Positions 55,927 to 64,000 of a DNA stretch of 64,000 bases are shown here, piece after piece. Below the pieces are notes generated by a model. That model worked only from the letters and a program-made list of their open reading frames with translations. It did no database searches and was not told where the DNA came from. The stretch comes from an archaeon (GTDB lineage Archaea > Undinarchaeota > Undinarchaeia > Undinarchaeales > JBDRKL01): assembly GCA_043814055.1 (NCBI GenBank), contig JBDRKL010000012.1, forward strand, positions 64,001 through 128,000, read 5' to 3'. Both the position numbers and the translations under genes were made by a program. Each line of letters begins with the position of its first letter. The first letter of the stretch is position 1.

Positions 55927-56826
55927 TTACTTTGTGATTTGAGTTCCTGCTTTTCCGCCAAGAGCTTTCTCAATATCGCTGAGGTGGCAGATTATTGCAC
56001 GCTCGCCGCCGGATTCAATAAAGTTTATTGCGGCTTGAATTTTCGGGCCCATTGAGCCCGCTGGGAAAGAATCCATGTGTTTTTTTGCTTCTTTAACCGT
56101 GAGTTTGTCAAGGAGCTTTTGGTTTGGCTTGCCGAAGTTGAGGTATGCGCCTTTCGTGTCCGTGACTATTAACAAAATATCTGCTCCGATTTCCTCGCCG
56201 AGCTTCGCGCTTGCAAGGTCCTTGTCTATGACTGCTTCTATGCCATGGTAGTTGTGCTCTTCCCTTTTTATCACAGGAATTCCGCCCCCGCCGCAGGTTA
56301 CAACCAGGAAGCCGGCCTTGAGGAGCTCCTTGATTTTGTAAGAGCCGACAATCCTTATTGGTTTTGGAGATGCCACGACTTTGCGCCAGCCCTTTGCGGT
56401 TTTCACAAAGCCTGGTTTTTTGTTTTTGTAAGCAGGGCCGATTGGCTTTGTCGGGTTCTTGAACGCTGGGTCGTTCGCGTCAACCTGAACGTAAGTTGAA
56501 AGGGTGGAGAGGAGCGGGTGCATAATTCCGATTTTCATTAATTCGTTATCAAGTGTTTTCTCAATCATGTAACCGATTTGACCCTGAGTCATAGCGACCA
56601 GGACTTCAAGGGGCATTTCAGGGACTTCAGAAGTTGCCTGCTGCTGGAGAAGAAGGTTGCCGACCTGGGGTCCGTTGCCGTGCGTGATTACAAGATTGTA
56701 TTTGCCGTATAATTTCGCGACCTTGCTCAGCGGGATTTCAAGGTTGTTGAACTGCTCGCTCACGTTCCCTTCCTGACCTTTCTGGATGAGGGCGTTGCCT
56801 CCGAGCGCGATAATTAGAGTTTTCAT
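55927..56826 (-). CDS. arcC: Carbamate kinase
   Basis: IALGGNAL, THGNGPQVG, NPTKPIG, GGGGIPV, AVIDKD, GSMGPK. Confidence 0.96.
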   Translation of the reverse strand: MKTLIIALGGNALIQKGQEGNVSEQFNNLEIPLSKVAKLYGKYNLVITHGNGPQVGNLLLQQQATSEVPEMPLEVLVAMTQGQIGYMIEKTLDNELMKIGIMHPLLSTLSTYVQVDANDPAFKNPTKPIGPAYKNKKPGFVKTAKGWRKVVASPKPIRIVGSYKIKELLKAGFLVVTCGGGGIPVIKREEHNYHGIEAVIDKDLASAKLGEEIGADILLIVTDTKGAYLNFGKPNQKLLDKLTVKEAKKHMDSFPAGSMGPKIQAAINFIESGGERAIICHLSDIEKALGGKAGTQITK

Positions 56827-56914
56827 TAATTTTGTATTATTTTGAGGGGTAATATGCTTTTTTGTTTGTGGAAAAACAAAATGTTTATGAAGGAATGAAT
56901 TTAAATGAAATAAA

Positions 56915-57655
56915 ATGGCAGTAACAAGCTATAGGAGAGACGGCGCTTTGCTTTTGGACAAGCTTTTCCCAGGGTTCGGGTTGGATGTTAAGATTTATGA
57001 AATCTGGAGGGATTTTGACTTAGATGATTACAAGATGGGGAAAGACGATCGTCTTATGGTGAGAACATTCGGCAGTAATTCTCCAAATGTTAGAAACCCA
57101 GATATAATTGTTAAGAATACTGCGGATGCGCTTAAGTTTATGAAAAGGCAGGCTAAGAAAAATCGGTTTGGATACATAGGTCAAAGGACCATGAATGAAA
57201 ATGATATAAAATATTCTGTGAGTGGCTCGCTTGATTATAGGAGAATTCCTTCATTAGCATTCACAATACGAGAAGTGGACAAAGGATTCATATTGAATAA
57301 TATGGAAACAGATGAGCGCGGAACAACTACACGAGAGGCAAAGGTGCTTGTTGAGTTCAAATATGATTATTTCTCCGCAACTCCGAAAGCTCCTAGCTTG
57401 TCACCACCTAATTTTCCGAAGAGCGAGCTTAGAAAACTGAAGAAAACTGTACTTCAGGTAGTGAAGTTCGCAAAAATAGTTGATGATAATTACACTAAAA
57501 ACTATGCGAAGAAGGACCTAATGCCAAATTTCCTTTTGTATGTTTCAAAGAAGGGCGACATTTTGCCAGTTGATTTAAAGCAGAAATACAATTTGAAGAG
57601 TACACAAAGAAAAATCTGGATGGGGATTAAAGTTTCCCCATCAAAAACAGCATAA
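56915..57655 (+). CDS. Hypothetical protein (possible divergent ATP-grasp fold)
   Basis: 246-aa AT-rich ORF; weak VRT / IGQ / SG pattern. Confidence 0.55.
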   Translation: MAVTSYRRDGALLLDKLFPGFGLDVKIYEIWRDFDLDDYKMGKDDRLMVRTFGSNSPNVRNPDIIVKNTADALKFMKRQAKKNRFGYIGQRTMNENDIKYSVSGSLDYRRIPSLAFTIREVDKGFILNNMETDERGTTTREAKVLVEFKYDYFSATPKAPSLSPPNFPKSELRKLKKTVLQVVKFAKIVDDNYTKNYAKKDLMPNFLLYVSKKGDILPVDLKQKYNLKSTQRKIWMGIKVSPSKTA

Positions 57656-58559
57656 TCGCGTTCTGGGCGTGCATTCTGTTCTCCGCCTGGTCGTACACGA
57701 TGCTCTGCGGTCCGTCAATCACGTCAGCTGTTTGCTCAAGCCCACGGGCTGCTGGGAGGCAGTTCATGAAAATCGCGTCCGGCTTTGCCTTGCTCATGAA
57801 GTCCGCGTTAATTTGGTACGGCATGAACTTTGCCTTGCGCGCTTCCATCTGGTCTTCTGGAATGTGGTAGGACATCCAGGAGTCAGTGTAGACCACATCC
57901 GCGTCCTTTGCTGCCTCAGCTGCGTCGTGTGTTACGATTACTTTGCCTCCAGAGGTTTTGCAGAGCTCTTTGCACTCGTCAAGAACTTCCTGCTCAGGGG
58001 AATATTCAGCACCCTCTGGGCAGGCTACTGCGATTTCAAAGCCCATCACAGCTGCTGCGCGCATCAGGTCGTAGGTCACGTTGTTGTGGCAGTCGCCGGA
58101 GTATGCCATCTTGATTCCTTCCAGACTTCCTTTCTTTTCAACTATTGCTTGGAGGTCGCAGATGATTTGGCACGGGTGCGCGAAGTCGTCAAGCGCGTTT
58201 ATTACTGGCACGTTGGATTCTTCAGAGAATTCTTTAAGGTCTTCCTTCTTGTTCACGCGGGCCATAATTATGTCAACATATCTTGAGGCGCACTTCGCAG
58301 TGTCCTTGATGTTCTCTTTCTTGCCGAGCGGGGAGTCCTTGATGCTGTAGAATATTGCGTGGCCACCGAGGCGAGTCATACCGGTTTCAAAGGAGACGCG
58401 GGTGCGCAGAGAGGGTTTCTCAAAGAGCATTAGAAGGGTCTTACTCTTCATTGTTGTGTTGTAATTCTCAGGGTTCTTTTTTATGTCAATTGCTTTTTCA
58501 ATAATAGTTGCAATCTCGTCCTTTGTAAAATCAGATACTTTTAGCAAATGTCTTGTCAT
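57627..58559 (-). CDS. argF: Ornithine carbamoyltransferase
   Basis: FEKPSLRTR, HPCQ, DVVYTDSWMS, CLPA, QAENR. Confidence 0.95.
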   Translation of the reverse strand: MTRHLLKVSDFTKDEIATIIEKAIDIKKNPENYNTTMKSKTLLMLFEKPSLRTRVSFETGMTRLGGHAIFYSIKDSPLGKKENIKDTAKCASRYVDIIMARVNKKEDLKEFSEESNVPVINALDDFAHPCQIICDLQAIVEKKGSLEGIKMAYSGDCHNNVTYDLMRAAAVMGFEIAVACPEGAEYSPEQEVLDECKELCKTSGGKVIVTHDAAEAAKDADVVYTDSWMSYHIPEDQMEARKAKFMPYQINADFMSKAKPDAIFMNCLPAARGLEQTADVIDGPQSIVYDQAENRMHAQNAIMLFLMGKL

Positions 58560-58671
58560 TCATCTCACCTTGGCACAAGTAAGGATGTATCGTTTATAAG
58601 AGTATTTATAAAAAATTTTTAAAAGGTTTTATAAATCAATATTTCTTAGTTGGTGCAAGGAGGGATTTAAA

Positions 58672-60009
58672 ATGGCAGAAAAAAAGAAAGTATTGATTAT
58701 GGGTGCGGCAGGCACAGATTTCCATGTTTTTAACACGTACTATCGGGACAACGATGAGTATGAGGTTGTGGCGTTCACAGCCGAACAGATTCCAGGGATT
58801 GGAGGAAGAATCTATACAAAGGAACTTGCAGGGGATTTGTATCCTGATGGGATTCCAATTTTTGATGAATCAGAACTTCCAAAACTCATAAAGGAAAAGG
58901 GAGTTGAGCTCGTGGTATTTGCATACCACGATTTGACTTATGAGTATGTTATGCACCGCGCGTCCATTGTGAATGCGAACGGTGCAGACTTCATGCTGAC
59001 CGGGACGAAGAAGAGGATGATAAAATCAGAGAAGCCTGTTATTGCAGTGTGCGCTGTGAGAACTGGTTGTGGCAAGTCGCAGACAGCGAGAAAGATTTGC
59101 GACATAATGCTGAAGAAAGGCTACAAGATTGTTGCAATAAGGCACCCGATGCCTTATGACCAGGATTTGAATTCGCAAACCTGCCAGAGATTTGCAAGCC
59201 GCGAGGATTTGGACAAGTACAGGTGCACTATTGAGGAGAGGGAAGAGTACGAGCCATACATAGAGCGCGGCATGGTGATTTATGCCGGGGTGGATTATGA
59301 GAAGATTCTGCGCGAGGCAGAGAAAGAGGCGGACATAATCCTCTGGGACGGGGGGAACAATGACTTCTCGTTCTACAAGCCAGATTTGTACATAACTGTT
59401 GCAGACCCTAGGCGACCTGGCCACGAGATTTCTTACTATGCAGGTGAAATAAATTCGCGGCTTGCTGACTATGTTATAATAAATAAGGTTGACAGCGCGG
59501 AAGAGAAGGACATCAAGACTGTTGAGAAAAATATCAAGAGCGTCAATCCGAATGCAATTATTATCAGGGCTGAGTCAAAACTGACTCTGGATGATGCTGA
59601 GGCGATTAAAGGCAGGCGGGTTCTTGTGGTTGATGACGGACCAACGCTCACACACGGCGGACTGCCTACAGGAGCTGGCTACTTCGCAGCGAAGAGGAAC
59701 GGGGCAAAGGAGATAATTGACCCAAGGCCTTACGCGGTTGGTTCTATAAAGGCAACTTTTGAAAAGTATCCGCAGACAACCGAGGTTCTGCCAGCGATGG
59801 GTTATGGAGATGAGCAGATTAAAGAGCTTGAAGAGACCATAAACGCTGCGGACTGTGATGTGGTGGTTGATGGCAGTCCGGTTGACTTGGCAAAGATTGT
59901 CAAGGTGAACAAGCCGATTATAAGGGTAACCTATGACCTTGAAGAGATTGGCGAGCCAAATCTTGAAACTGTCCTGGACGAGTTTGAGCAAAAGTTCATA
60001 AAGAAGTAA
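58672..60009 (+). CDS. arcE: Arginine synthetase ArcE-like P-loop protein (often annotated GTPase / cDPG synthetase-like)
   Basis: IMGAAGTDFHVFN, AVRTGCGKSQ, RHPMPY, TIEEREEYEP, WDGGNND, DGPTLTHGG; divergent from OTC and near arcC. Confidence 0.8.
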   Translation: MAEKKKVLIMGAAGTDFHVFNTYYRDNDEYEVVAFTAEQIPGIGGRIYTKELAGDLYPDGIPIFDESELPKLIKEKGVELVVFAYHDLTYEYVMHRASIVNANGADFMLTGTKKRMIKSEKPVIAVCAVRTGCGKSQTARKICDIMLKKGYKIVAIRHPMPYDQDLNSQTCQRFASREDLDKYRCTIEEREEYEPYIERGMVIYAGVDYEKILREAEKEADIILWDGGNNDFSFYKPDLYITVADPRRPGHEISYYAGEINSRLADYVIINKVDSAEEKDIKTVEKNIKSVNPNAIIIRAESKLTLDDAEAIKGRRVLVVDDGPTLTHGGLPTGAGYFAAKRNGAKEIIDPRPYAVGSIKATFEKYPQTTEVLPAMGYGDEQIKELEETINAADCDVVVDGSPVDLAKIVKVNKPIIRVTYDLEEIGEPNLETVLDEFEQKFIKK

Positions 60010-60025
60010 GTAGTTGCACTACAGC

Positions 60026-60661
60026 ATGATACTTGAACTGCATATGCATTCGCACTACTCGGACGGCATGTATTCTCCGCGGGTTATGGCAAAGCATGTA
60101 AAGAAGCTTGACTTGGATGGTTTTGCTCTTGTTGACCACGAGACTGTGAAGGGGCACAAGGATGCGAGGGCTGCTGCGAAGGAATTTGGTTTGGAGTTTG
60201 TTCCTGGAATAGAAGTTGCCGCGGACAAGGGGCACATTCTCGGGCTTGGAGTCACTGAGTACATAGACAAGGGGCCTGTTGAGGATGTTCTTGAGGAGAT
60301 TAAGAGCCAGGGCGGGGTGAGCGTTGCAGCGCACCCGTATGATTTTTTCAGGCACGGCATAGGCGGAGATTTGCGCAAGTTCAAGTTTGATTATGTTGAG
60401 GGGTTCAACTCGCGGGTTGTGCTCTTGTTTTTGAATTACTTCGCGCAGAAAGCAGCGAAGGAGCTGAAACTGCCGATGACCGCAGGCTCGGACGCACACG
60501 ACCTGGCATGCCTTGGATTGGGGACAACCAGAGTTGATTCAATTGAGGACTTGTATAAGGGAAAAGCGCAGATGCATAAGACAGAGTGGGCTGGTATAAG
60601 GCGCATATCTGTTGAGAAAACGCAGAGGATACTCCGATCTGTTAGAGAGAGCACTGCCTAG
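60026..60661 (+). CDS. PHP-domain metal-dependent phosphoesterase
   Basis: LHMHSHYSDG, DH, PGIEV, AHP, GSDAH. Confidence 0.88.
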   Translation: MILELHMHSHYSDGMYSPRVMAKHVKKLDLDGFALVDHETVKGHKDARAAAKEFGLEFVPGIEVAADKGHILGLGVTEYIDKGPVEDVLEEIKSQGGVSVAAHPYDFFRHGIGGDLRKFKFDYVEGFNSRVVLLFLNYFAQKAAKELKLPMTAGSDAHDLACLGLGTTRVDSIEDLYKGKAQMHKTEWAGIRRISVEKTQRILRSVRESTA

Positions 60662-60688
60662 AGCCAGAATAAATATTTTCTGAAATTC

Positions 60689-60898
60689 TTACATCAACTG
60701 CTCTATCTTGCGGACTATCGGCACTGTGAAGAGCAGAAGCCCGAGCCAGAGCACGAAGATGCCCAGCACGAAGTTCGCCCAGCCTGCGCTCATTATCACA
60801 ATGATGCCGAATGCGAGCACAAGAGCTCCGATAAAGCTGAGGATTATTTCCTCAATAGCGAACATCAGCCGCTTCTCCGCTTTGCTTGTCTTTGCCAT
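60689..60898 (-). CDS. Small two-TM membrane protein
   Basis: 69 aa, two hydrophobic helices. Confidence 0.6.
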   Translation of the reverse strand: MAKTSKAEKRLMFAIEEIILSFIGALVLAFGIIVIMSAGWANFVLGIFVLWLGLLLFTVPIVRKIEQLM

Positions 60899-60972
60899 GG
60901 GGCGGAATAAGTTGAACCCTATTAAATACTTTTTCCCAAGATATTTATAGAGGTTTATCCACGTGAAAGGGT

Positions 60973-61743
60973 ATGAAAAGAATACTGCTTCTTGGAATTG
61001 TATTGCTTGTTATTTTGACCAGTTCGGCATATGCACAAATGCCCGGCGATGACTGCGTGGTTGGAAAAGTTGATGCCTCAGTGGCTTATGACGGGACAGC
61101 GCACGTCAAGATGATTTACAGGTTCACCTGCAGCGGCACGATTGACTATACAGGGCAGGTTACCAAGATGCTCATAAGCCTTCCCTTGAATGATGTGAAA
61201 AATGTAGAGGTAGAGGATGGGCTTGGGTCAATGAAAGTTCTTGAGGGACCGGAGTATGTCAAAGTTGAGAAGGATTCTGACGAATCCAAAATTGGAATCA
61301 TATTTAGAAAAGGGCTTTTGATTAATAGGGAGACCAATGATTATGACATTGCGATTGAGTTTGACACAGACTCGCTTGTCACAGAAGGGGAGAGTGTGAA
61401 TAGCATTAGCTCCGGGGTGCTTGTTGCGAATCCCAAAGTCACGATAATAACCAGCGGAATGACTGAAACCGTACTGCCAGTGAACGCTTTTGATTTCGCG
61501 CTCAAGCTGGACGAAGAGGCGAGCATACAAAGCGTGAAGCCGAGCGTTTGTGCAATAGAGGGCGGTGACGTTGAATGCGCAGACTTGAGTAAACAGGAGA
61601 TGGAGCAGCTTGAAATAAGCTGGACTGGCGGAAGCACAGGCTGGGGCGGGAAGATTCAGGGATTCACAAAGAAATACCTGCCCGCTGCTGGGGATTTCTT
61701 AGGCAGCTTGTTTGGTAATATAAAGGATATGCTGGACAAGTAA
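60973..61743 (+). CDS. Secreted beta-rich hypothetical protein
   Basis: Sec signal peptide ending AYA; beta-strand-rich sequence. Confidence 0.7.
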   Translation: MKRILLLGIVLLVILTSSAYAQMPGDDCVVGKVDASVAYDGTAHVKMIYRFTCSGTIDYTGQVTKMLISLPLNDVKNVEVEDGLGSMKVLEGPEYVKVEKDSDESKIGIIFRKGLLINRETNDYDIAIEFDTDSLVTEGESVNSISSGVLVANPKVTIITSGMTETVLPVNAFDFALKLDEEASIQSVKPSVCAIEGGDVECADLSKQEMEQLEISWTGGSTGWGGKIQGFTKKYLPAAGDFLGSLFGNIKDMLDK

Positions 61744-62024
61744 TGAGTATAGAAGCGGTTATTTTTGCTGTAATCGGGCTGATAGTTGCGATTATTGCGT
61801 ATTTTACTTATTTTAGGGAGCTAGGAATTCCGAAGGTAAGGATGCCGAAAAAGAAATCTGTTGCTGAGATTACGCCGCCGAATAAAAAGAAGCTGAGCCC
61901 GGTGAGCGGGAAGTGCGCAAAGTGCAGGAAGAAAGTTACAATGCCGTTCAGGTGCAAGCATTGCGAGGGGCTTTATTGCGATGATCACAGGCTGCCTGAG
62001 AATCATGATTGTAAGGAGTTATAG
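61743..62024 (+). CDS. Membrane-anchored AN1-type zinc finger protein
   Basis: N-terminal TM; CAKC..PFRCKHCEGLYCDDHRLPENHDC. Confidence 0.85.
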   Translation: MSIEAVIFAVIGLIVAIIAYFTYFRELGIPKVRMPKKKSVAEITPPNKKKLSPVSGKCAKCRKKVTMPFRCKHCEGLYCDDHRLPENHDCKEL

Positions 62025-62115
62025 CTAAATCGCAATCTATATATAGCACTTTATTCACCCTTATGGAGTAGTAACAAGGAGTTGGGAGACTCTAACACGT
62101 AGTGAGGACAATGTA

Positions 62116-62958
62116 ATGATATGGATGCTTGCAGCTGTACCAGTGATTCTGATTTTGGGAGGCTTGGGTCTAGCTGCAAAATCGCCAAAGGGCATTATAA
62201 TCGGCAAGCTTATTTTTGAGTTTCGCGAATACGAGCGAGGCGTAGTCTTCCGGTTTGGTAAGTTTCATAGAGTTGTTGGCCCCGGCTGGGTTTTTGTGAT
62301 TCCCACTATTGAGAAATTCGTTTTGTACGACCTGCGTACTGAGACAATTGATATTCCTCCGCAGGAGGTTATTACCAAGGACGCGGTAAAGCTGCTTATT
62401 GATGCTGTCATTTTTATGCGTGTTGAGGACCCTGTAAAAGCCGAGCTGTATGTTGAAGAGGATTACAGGAAGGCTGTTGAGGAATATACCAAGGGCAGAA
62501 TCCGAAACGTTATTGGCAGTGTTGAACTCGGCGAGCTATATGCCAAAATAGGGGAGATTAACGAAACGCTCAAGAAGGATGTCCAGAACATCGCAGAACG
62601 CTGGGGAGTCATGATTACGGATATTGAACTTATTGATGTTACCCCGCCCCCAGAGGTTGTAGAAGCAATGCAAGCCCAGGAGATTGCGGAGAGGTACAAG
62701 GCTGCGGCTGCTGAAGAGGCTAAAACCACTCAGATTAGAATAGGTGCGATTCAGGAGGCTGCGGGCAAGTTGACAGCGCCTGCGCTGACTTACCTTTACC
62801 TGAACGCGCTCAAGGACATTGCAAACGGCCAGGCTTCAAAGCTCATATTCCCACTTGAATTCTCAAAGCTGGCTGAAGGCATTTCAAAGGGAATCGGCGG
62901 CAAGGCTACAGACCTGGAGGCGCTGGCTGAGAAAGTTCTGGTGAATGTAAAGGGATAA
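62116..62958 (+). CDS. SPFH/Band 7 (stomatin-like) protein
   Basis: EYERGVVFRFGK, DLRTETIDIPPQEVITKDAV, ERWGV. Confidence 0.92.
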   Translation: MIWMLAAVPVILILGGLGLAAKSPKGIIIGKLIFEFREYERGVVFRFGKFHRVVGPGWVFVIPTIEKFVLYDLRTETIDIPPQEVITKDAVKLLIDAVIFMRVEDPVKAELYVEEDYRKAVEEYTKGRIRNVIGSVELGELYAKIGEINETLKKDVQNIAERWGVMITDIELIDVTPPPEVVEAMQAQEIAERYKAAAAEEAKTTQIRIGAIQEAAGKLTAPALTYLYLNALKDIANGQASKLIFPLEFSKLAEGISKGIGGKATDLEALAEKVLVNVKG

Positions 62959-62960
62959 AA

Positions 62961-63194
62961 ATGGATGAATATATTCTGGCGAACAAAAATGACCTGAAAA
63001 ACGTGTCGGAGAGAACAAGAACTCTTAAAATCAGCTGTAGCCTGAAGCATCAGGACGCGGCCGATATTATGAAAAGATGCCGGCTGCTTGAGGAGATTAT
63101 TTTTGACCACAAGGCATTTGGCGAGACAGAGGACTCGGCAAAGGAGTATCTCAACAAATGGGTTTTTGTTGACACAGACGCAAGGCTTATTTAA
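62961..63194 (+). CDS. Small DUF1699-like protein, paralog of the next gene
   Basis: Aligns by eye with the N-terminus of 63217 (TRxL..C.L...AA...RCRxLE.IIFD). Confidence 0.55.
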   Translation: MDEYILANKNDLKNVSERTRTLKISCSLKHQDAADIMKRCRLLEEIIFDHKAFGETEDSAKEYLNKWVFVDTDARLI

Positions 63195-63216
63195 ATTCCC
63201 GTTCTATTTCTTTTTC

Positions 63217-63594
63217 ATGCTTATTGAATCCACGCTGGAGCACAAAGAGGATGTTTGGCAGGTTCCAGGAAATACGCGAATTTTGCACGTTCACTGCAAG
63301 CTGGACAGGCACTCCGCAGCTGAGGTTTTGGCTAGATGCAGGGAGTTAGAGGTTGTGATTTTTGACGCGAACGCTCACACGCTGATTGATGAGGAAACTA
63401 AAACATATTTAAGCGAGCGAGTATTTTTAGAGATAGAGGGAGAGCTCAGGGAACACAAAGTTTCGCGCGAAGAGGCGCACAAGATTCGCGAGCTTTACAT
63501 GCGGGGCGACCATAGCATTGACGAGCTCGCCAGGGAATTTGAGCTGGATAGGGATATGGTATGGCAAATAATAAAGGAGAAAGCACATGGCTGA
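63217..63594 (+). CDS. DUF1699-like protein with C-terminal HTH
   Basis: KIRELYMRGDHSIDELAREFELDRDMVWQII HTH; start at MLIES. Confidence 0.6.
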   Translation: MLIESTLEHKEDVWQVPGNTRILHVHCKLDRHSAAEVLARCRELEVVIFDANAHTLIDEETKTYLSERVFLEIEGELREHKVSREEAHKIRELYMRGDHSIDELAREFELDRDMVWQIIKEKAHG

Positions 63595-64000
63595 AGATAA
63601 AACAATGGTAACTGTTGACGTCCTTGTATCGGACGAGAAGAACGAGAAGTTTCTGCTCGTGAAGAGGAAGAACGAGCCTTTCGCAGGAAAGTGGGCGCTG
63701 CCAGGCGGATTCGTTGAGGCAAACGAGACTGTTGAGCAGGCAGCAGTGCGGGAAGTGAAAGAGGAGCTGGACATTGATGTTGAGCTGGAAGGACTCCTTG
63801 GGGTTTACTCAGAGCCGGGAAGGGATCCGCGAGGTCACACGGTTTCTATTGTGTTCTTTGGGAAGAAGAAAAGCGGCAAGGAGAAAGCTGGGAGCGACGC
63901 AGAGGACTTTATGTGGGCGCTTCTTGGAAAGACAGATTCAATTGACTTTGCCTTTGACCACGCGGTTATGGCAGAGGATTTCAAAATCATATATATGAGC
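63587..64000 (+). CDS. NUDIX hydrolase (3'-partial; absent from ORF track)
   Basis: WALPGGFVEANETVEQAAVREVKEE Nudix box, GRDPRG, AFDH. Confidence 0.9.
   Translation, partial: MAEDKTMVTVDVLVSDEKNEKFLLVKRKNEPFAGKWALPGGFVEANETVEQAAVREVKEELDIDVELEGLLGVYSEPGRDPRGHTVSIVFFGKKKSGKEKAGSDAEDFMWALLGKTDSIDFAFDHAVMAEDFKIIYMS

Noticed and set aside
58560-58671. Copy of the TGTC-N8-GACA operator in the OTC/arcE divergent promoter
   Set aside because: No convincing match found by eye
1-64000. CRISPR array, rRNA, integrase/transposase or inteins
   Set aside because: No regularly spaced repeats, rRNA motifs or recombinase ORFs seen; MCM, RFC and topo VI show no intein-sized insertions

Overview
Gene-dense archaeal chromosomal segment; compact ATGA-coupled operons, trimmed core proteins and a pilin-rich type IV pilus locus suggest a DPANN-type archaeon (inference, not a taxonomic search). 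Left two-thirds: core information-processing and housekeeping genes (pyrH, rps17e, nop5/fibrillarin, thermosome, T4P locus, RFC, histone, uppS, GGR, MtaB, MTAP/apt/ahcY, TBP, MCM, RPA, aIF2b, rpo6, aIF1A, Dim2, topo VI, Sec61b, Lrp regulators, tmk, GlmU, fumarase). Right third: a roughly 18-kb arginine super-locus containing an ACT-domain regulator with twin palindromic operators, dapF-like-argG-argH-carA-carB, four different tRNA-Arg genes around an ArgRS with a histone-H1-like tail, and arcC/OTC/arginine synthetase. The main non-annotated signals are: (1) a recurring ATG-hairpin-hairpin-ATG uORF/leader module at gene junctions, with near-identical copies before both topo VI subunits and related ones before a kinase, TBP and an HTH regulator; (2) a family of palindromic modules shared between intergenic inserts and long, covarying tRNA introns, including a three-intron tRNA-Arg; (3) a candidate Arg-rich leader peptide upstream of the tRNA-Arg/argS cluster. 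All RNA structures were paired by eye, and protein calls come from motif recognition, not database searches.
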